From assembly GCA_019058445.1 (NCBI GenBank), contig JAHPZA010000010.1, forward strand, positions 636,035 to 700,034: a stretch of 64,000 bases of DNA. The letters are read 5' to 3'. The notes beneath the pieces were generated by a model. That model saw only the letters and a program-made list of their open reading frames with translations. It searched no databases and was not told the origin of the DNA. This document shows, one piece after another, positions 61,142-64,000 of the stretch (its first letter is position 1; each line of letters opens with the position of its first letter). This DNA is from Promethearchaeota archaeon. GTDB taxonomy: Archaea > Asgardarchaeota > Lokiarchaeia > Sigyniarchaeales > SOKP01. A program made the position numbers and the translations under genes.

Positions 61142-63562
61142 GTGTTTGACATGAGCGAAGAAAAACTAGCAATACATAAAAGAAAAGTAGAAGCGATCTC
61201 TGAAATGGTTAGAAATGCGTACGATAACGCGAAGCCGGGGGAATATTTCTCTCTAAAAAAGGCGAGCGTTTCCCACATGGCTCCACAGCCGGATAATCCG
61301 ATCTATAGTGACAAGCCGATAGACGTGAAGTCACTTACAGACATTATTGAGATAAACACGGATACAAGGACGTGTATTGCAGAAGCAGGGGTTACTTTTG
61401 TTAGGCTTGCAAGAGAAACCTTAAAGTATGGGCTCGTACCGCAATGTGTTTCCGAGCTCAAGGGAATCACGATAGGCGGGGTAGTAGCAGGATGTTCAGT
61501 TGAATCCATGTCTTTCAAGTATGGGGGATTTTTCGATTCCTGTGAAGAAATAGAGATTGTGACAGGAACAGGTGACATAATGTTATGCACGAAAAGTGAT
61601 AACCATGAAATATTCGAGATGCTGCACGGGAGTTTCGGCACGATTGCAATCATCACGCTCCTGAAGTTCAGGCTCGTTCCAGCAAAAAAGTGCGTCCGCA
61701 TCGATTACATCCATTACGATACTTTTAGTGAATACATGGAAGCTATCAAGCAACACTATGAAAACCAGGATATTGAAATGATGGACGGGCTTATCTTCTC
61801 CGAGAATATGAATGTACTCTGCGTTGCCAGCTTCGTTGATGAAGAAGAAGCTCCTTACAAGAGCAAATATTTCTACGATATTTATTATAAAAGTGCGATG
61901 GAAAAAAAGCGAGACTTCCTTTCCACTATAGACTATTTTTTTAGATACGATGCGGACACACATTGGGCGATTCGGAATGTTGCTGGAGGAATTTTTGAGA
62001 ATAAACTAGTCAGGTGGTTAATAGGGCCCTATATACTTGGGTCGACAAATATTCTTAAGTTCAGCGAACGCTTGCCATTCTTAACTAAGAAGGGGGGAAA
62101 ACCGGATGTGATTGTTGATGTCTTCATCCCATTCATTCACGCGGAAGAGTTTTTCGATTGGTACCTGGAGGTATTTGATTATTTCCCAGTATGGGTTGTC
62201 CCTTATAAGATGAAAAAAAACAAACTAAAGGGGTTTAAGTTTTATCCCTGGTTAAATCAAGACATGATAGCTCCCATCGAGGATGAGCTATTCATCGATT
62301 TTGCGATTTATGGCTACGAGCAAAAAAGAAAGGGATTTAATTTCTATAAAGCGCTCGAAGAAAAGGTTTACGAGCTCAGGGGAATGAAAACCTTGATAAC
62401 TCACAATTTCTACGAGGAAGACGTGTTCTGGAAGATCTATAATAAGGAATTGTACGATAAAGTGAAAGAGCGAACGGATCCTAAGAACTTATTTAGAAAC
62501 TTATATGAAAAGACGAATTACAAGAAAAAGGCTGAAAAGACGAAAAAACTGAAGGTCGGGATACCGCGCTCCCTGTATTTCTACAAGTATTTTCCATTGT
62601 GGGAAGGTATGTTTACAAGCCTTGGGTGCGAAGTTATTGTCAGCCCAGAAACTAACAAAGAAATTCTTACCAACGGATCTAATCAATCGGCAACGGATTT
62701 GTGCATTCCTGTGAAGATTCATTATGGACACGTCAATCATTTATCGAGAAATCACCCCGATCTAGATTTTATATTTGTTCCACGACTCATCAGCAAATCT
62801 AAGGACCATTATTTTTGTCCGAAATTCCTGATCCTTCCAGACGTGTCTCAACACTCAGCAGTCTCTAACATTCCCGTTATTGAATGGATTTTTAACGCCC
62901 GGGAACATTCGATGATGACGTCAGCGATAGATTTTGGAAAAAAATTAGATAAGAACAAAGAAGAATCAAAACTTGCGTATGAGAATGGAATTAAAAAACT
63001 TGAAGAATTTCATGAGTTGATTGAGGATGGAATGCTCGTTCCTGAAGCATTTCGCAAAATGTATCCTCTTGAAAAATATCCAAATTATAAGTTTAAGAAA
63101 AGGTCTCGACCTAAACTTAATAAAGATTATGAAAATTATCCCCTTACATTAATGGTTCTTGGTCATCCCTACAATACTTACGAACCAATTATTAATCACG
63201 GTTTGATGGACATCCTCAAAGCAAATTATGTTAATGTTGTAACTGTTGAGAATGCTCCAAAGGAAATCTTCTCAAGAAGAGTTGAAATTGATGATAATCT
63301 TGTCAATTTCTGGGATAATGAAGACGAGTTGCTTCAATTATCTGATTATGTTATCAATAATGAAGAGATTGATGGGGGTATTTTTCTAATTAGTTTTGCA
63401 TGCGGTCCAGATTCTTTAATGCAGGAAATTGTAATGCAGGATTTTGACATGAAAGATAAGCCTTTTATTGATCTCACGTTAGATGAACACACGGGAGAAT
63501 CTCAAATTACCACAAGAGTAGAATCTTTTATCGAAATGATAAGGAGGAAGAAATACAAGTGA
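61142..63562 (+). CDS. fusion: FAD-binding oxidoreductase (DHCR24-like) plus DUF2229-like CoA-activase-associated domain
   Basis: EAGVTF, ELKGITIGGVVAG.SVESMSFKYG, GSFGT, DPKNLF.NLYEK; then KVGIPRSL, CIPVKIHYGHV, FCPK, FACGPD, LDEHTGE..TRVESF. Confidence 0.8.
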   Translation: MFDMSEEKLAIHKRKVEAISEMVRNAYDNAKPGEYFSLKKASVSHMAPQPDNPIYSDKPIDVKSLTDIIEINTDTRTCIAEAGVTFVRLARETLKYGLVPQCVSELKGITIGGVVAGCSVESMSFKYGGFFDSCEEIEIVTGTGDIMLCTKSDNHEIFEMLHGSFGTIAIITLLKFRLVPAKKCVRIDYIHYDTFSEYMEAIKQHYENQDIEMMDGLIFSENMNVLCVASFVDEEEAPYKSKYFYDIYYKSAMEKKRDFLSTIDYFFRYDADTHWAIRNVAGGIFENKLVRWLIGPYILGSTNILKFSERLPFLTKKGGKPDVIVDVFIPFIHAEEFFDWYLEVFDYFPVWVVPYKMKKNKLKGFKFYPWLNQDMIAPIEDELFIDFAIYGYEQKRKGFNFYKALEEKVYELRGMKTLITHNFYEEDVFWKIYNKELYDKVKERTDPKNLFRNLYEKTNYKKKAEKTKKLKVGIPRSLYFYKYFPLWEGMFTSLGCEVIVSPETNKEILTNGSNQSATDLCIPVKIHYGHVNHLSRNHPDLDFIFVPRLISKSKDHYFCPKFLILPDVSQHSAVSNIPVIEWIFNAREHSMMTSAIDFGKKLDKNKEESKLAYENGIKKLEEFHELIEDGMLVPEAFRKMYPLEKYPNYKFKKRSRPKLNKDYENYPLTLMVLGHPYNTYEPIINHGLMDILKANYVNVVTVENAPKEIFSRRVEIDDNLVNFWDNEDELLQLSDYVINNEEIDGGIFLISFACGPDSLMQEIVMQDFDMKDKPFIDLTLDEHTGESQITTRVESFIEMIRRKKYK

Positions 63563-64000
63563 ACGAACCAGAATTTATCAAAAATATTCTTTCGGATGAC
63601 ATAGATGACAAGTTATATCTAGGAATCGATGTCGGTTCCGTCTCGACGAAAATGGCAATAATTAACGAGAGAAATGAATTATTGTTTGCAACCTGGACGA
63701 GAAACGATGGATCTCCCATAGTTTCTACACAAGAAAATCTTAAATACATGCAAGAAGTCCTTCCCGCTAACATCGAAAAAAGTATTTGTGGTGTTGGGAC
63801 TACAGGGTCTGCGAGGTATTTAATAAAAGCTCTTATCGGTGCGGATATTGCAAAACCTGAAATAATTGCTCATGCAATTGGAGCTTCATCTTATACCCCT
63901 GACGTGAGAACAATTCTTGAAATCGGGGGCCAGGATAGTAAGGTGATATTGATGAAAAATGGCATCGTAACAGATTTTAACATGAACAGTGTTTGTGCTG
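63559..64000 (+). CDS. acyl-CoA dehydratase activase (HgdC/BadFG ASKHA ATPase), runs off the window
   Basis: GTG start overlapping the upstream TGA, AGGAGG upstream; YLGIDVGSVSTK, TTGSAR, EIIAH, EIGGQDSK, FNMNSVCA. Confidence 0.88.
   Translation, partial: MNEPEFIKNILSDDIDDKLYLGIDVGSVSTKMAIINERNELLFATWTRNDGSPIVSTQENLKYMQEVLPANIEKSICGVGTTGSARYLIKALIGADIAKPEIIAHAIGASSYTPDVRTILEIGGQDSKVILMKNGIVTDFNMNSVCA

Noticed and set aside
911-63773. Many short antisense or overlapping ORFs (e.g. 3097-3669, 13364-13756, 37004-37465, 47615-47977, 63528-63773)
   Set aside because: They are shadows of well-supported genes and carry no motifs.

Overview
AT-rich chromosomal window that reads as an Asgard archaeon (Lokiarchaeia/Promethearchaeota-like). 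The assignment rests on archaeal housekeeping genes (aEF-2, aIF5B, class I CCA enzyme, Taw1, archaeal PPAT, ApgM) occurring together with eukaryote-signature genes (actin-family protein, Rab-, Arf- and Rag-like GTPases, longin/DENN-like domains). Main finding: the only full-length EF-2 gene here is interrupted in its switch I region by a 30-nt insert (48082-48111, minus strand) ending in an in-frame TAG. The insert folds with its flanks into a canonical bulge-helix-bulge (BHB) motif, and cutting at the standard BHB positions restores a continuous 750-aa EF-2. This looks like a tRNA-type intron in the mRNA of a core translation factor. Second finding: a ~29 kb signalling block (16741-46011) is bracketed by two direct, slightly diverged copies of the EF-2 3' end. 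It holds Rag-like GTPases, PAS histidine kinases, a longin/DENN-pseudo-HisKA fusion, a GTPase with a polyproline/WH2-like tail and an actin paralog. The right part of the window has a corrinoid methyltransferase cluster, cca-coaD-infB-uvrA, and a more GC-rich FAD-oxidoreductase/activase locus. I saw no tRNA, rRNA, CRISPR array, integrase or transposase. All calls come from reading motifs by eye; no searches were run.
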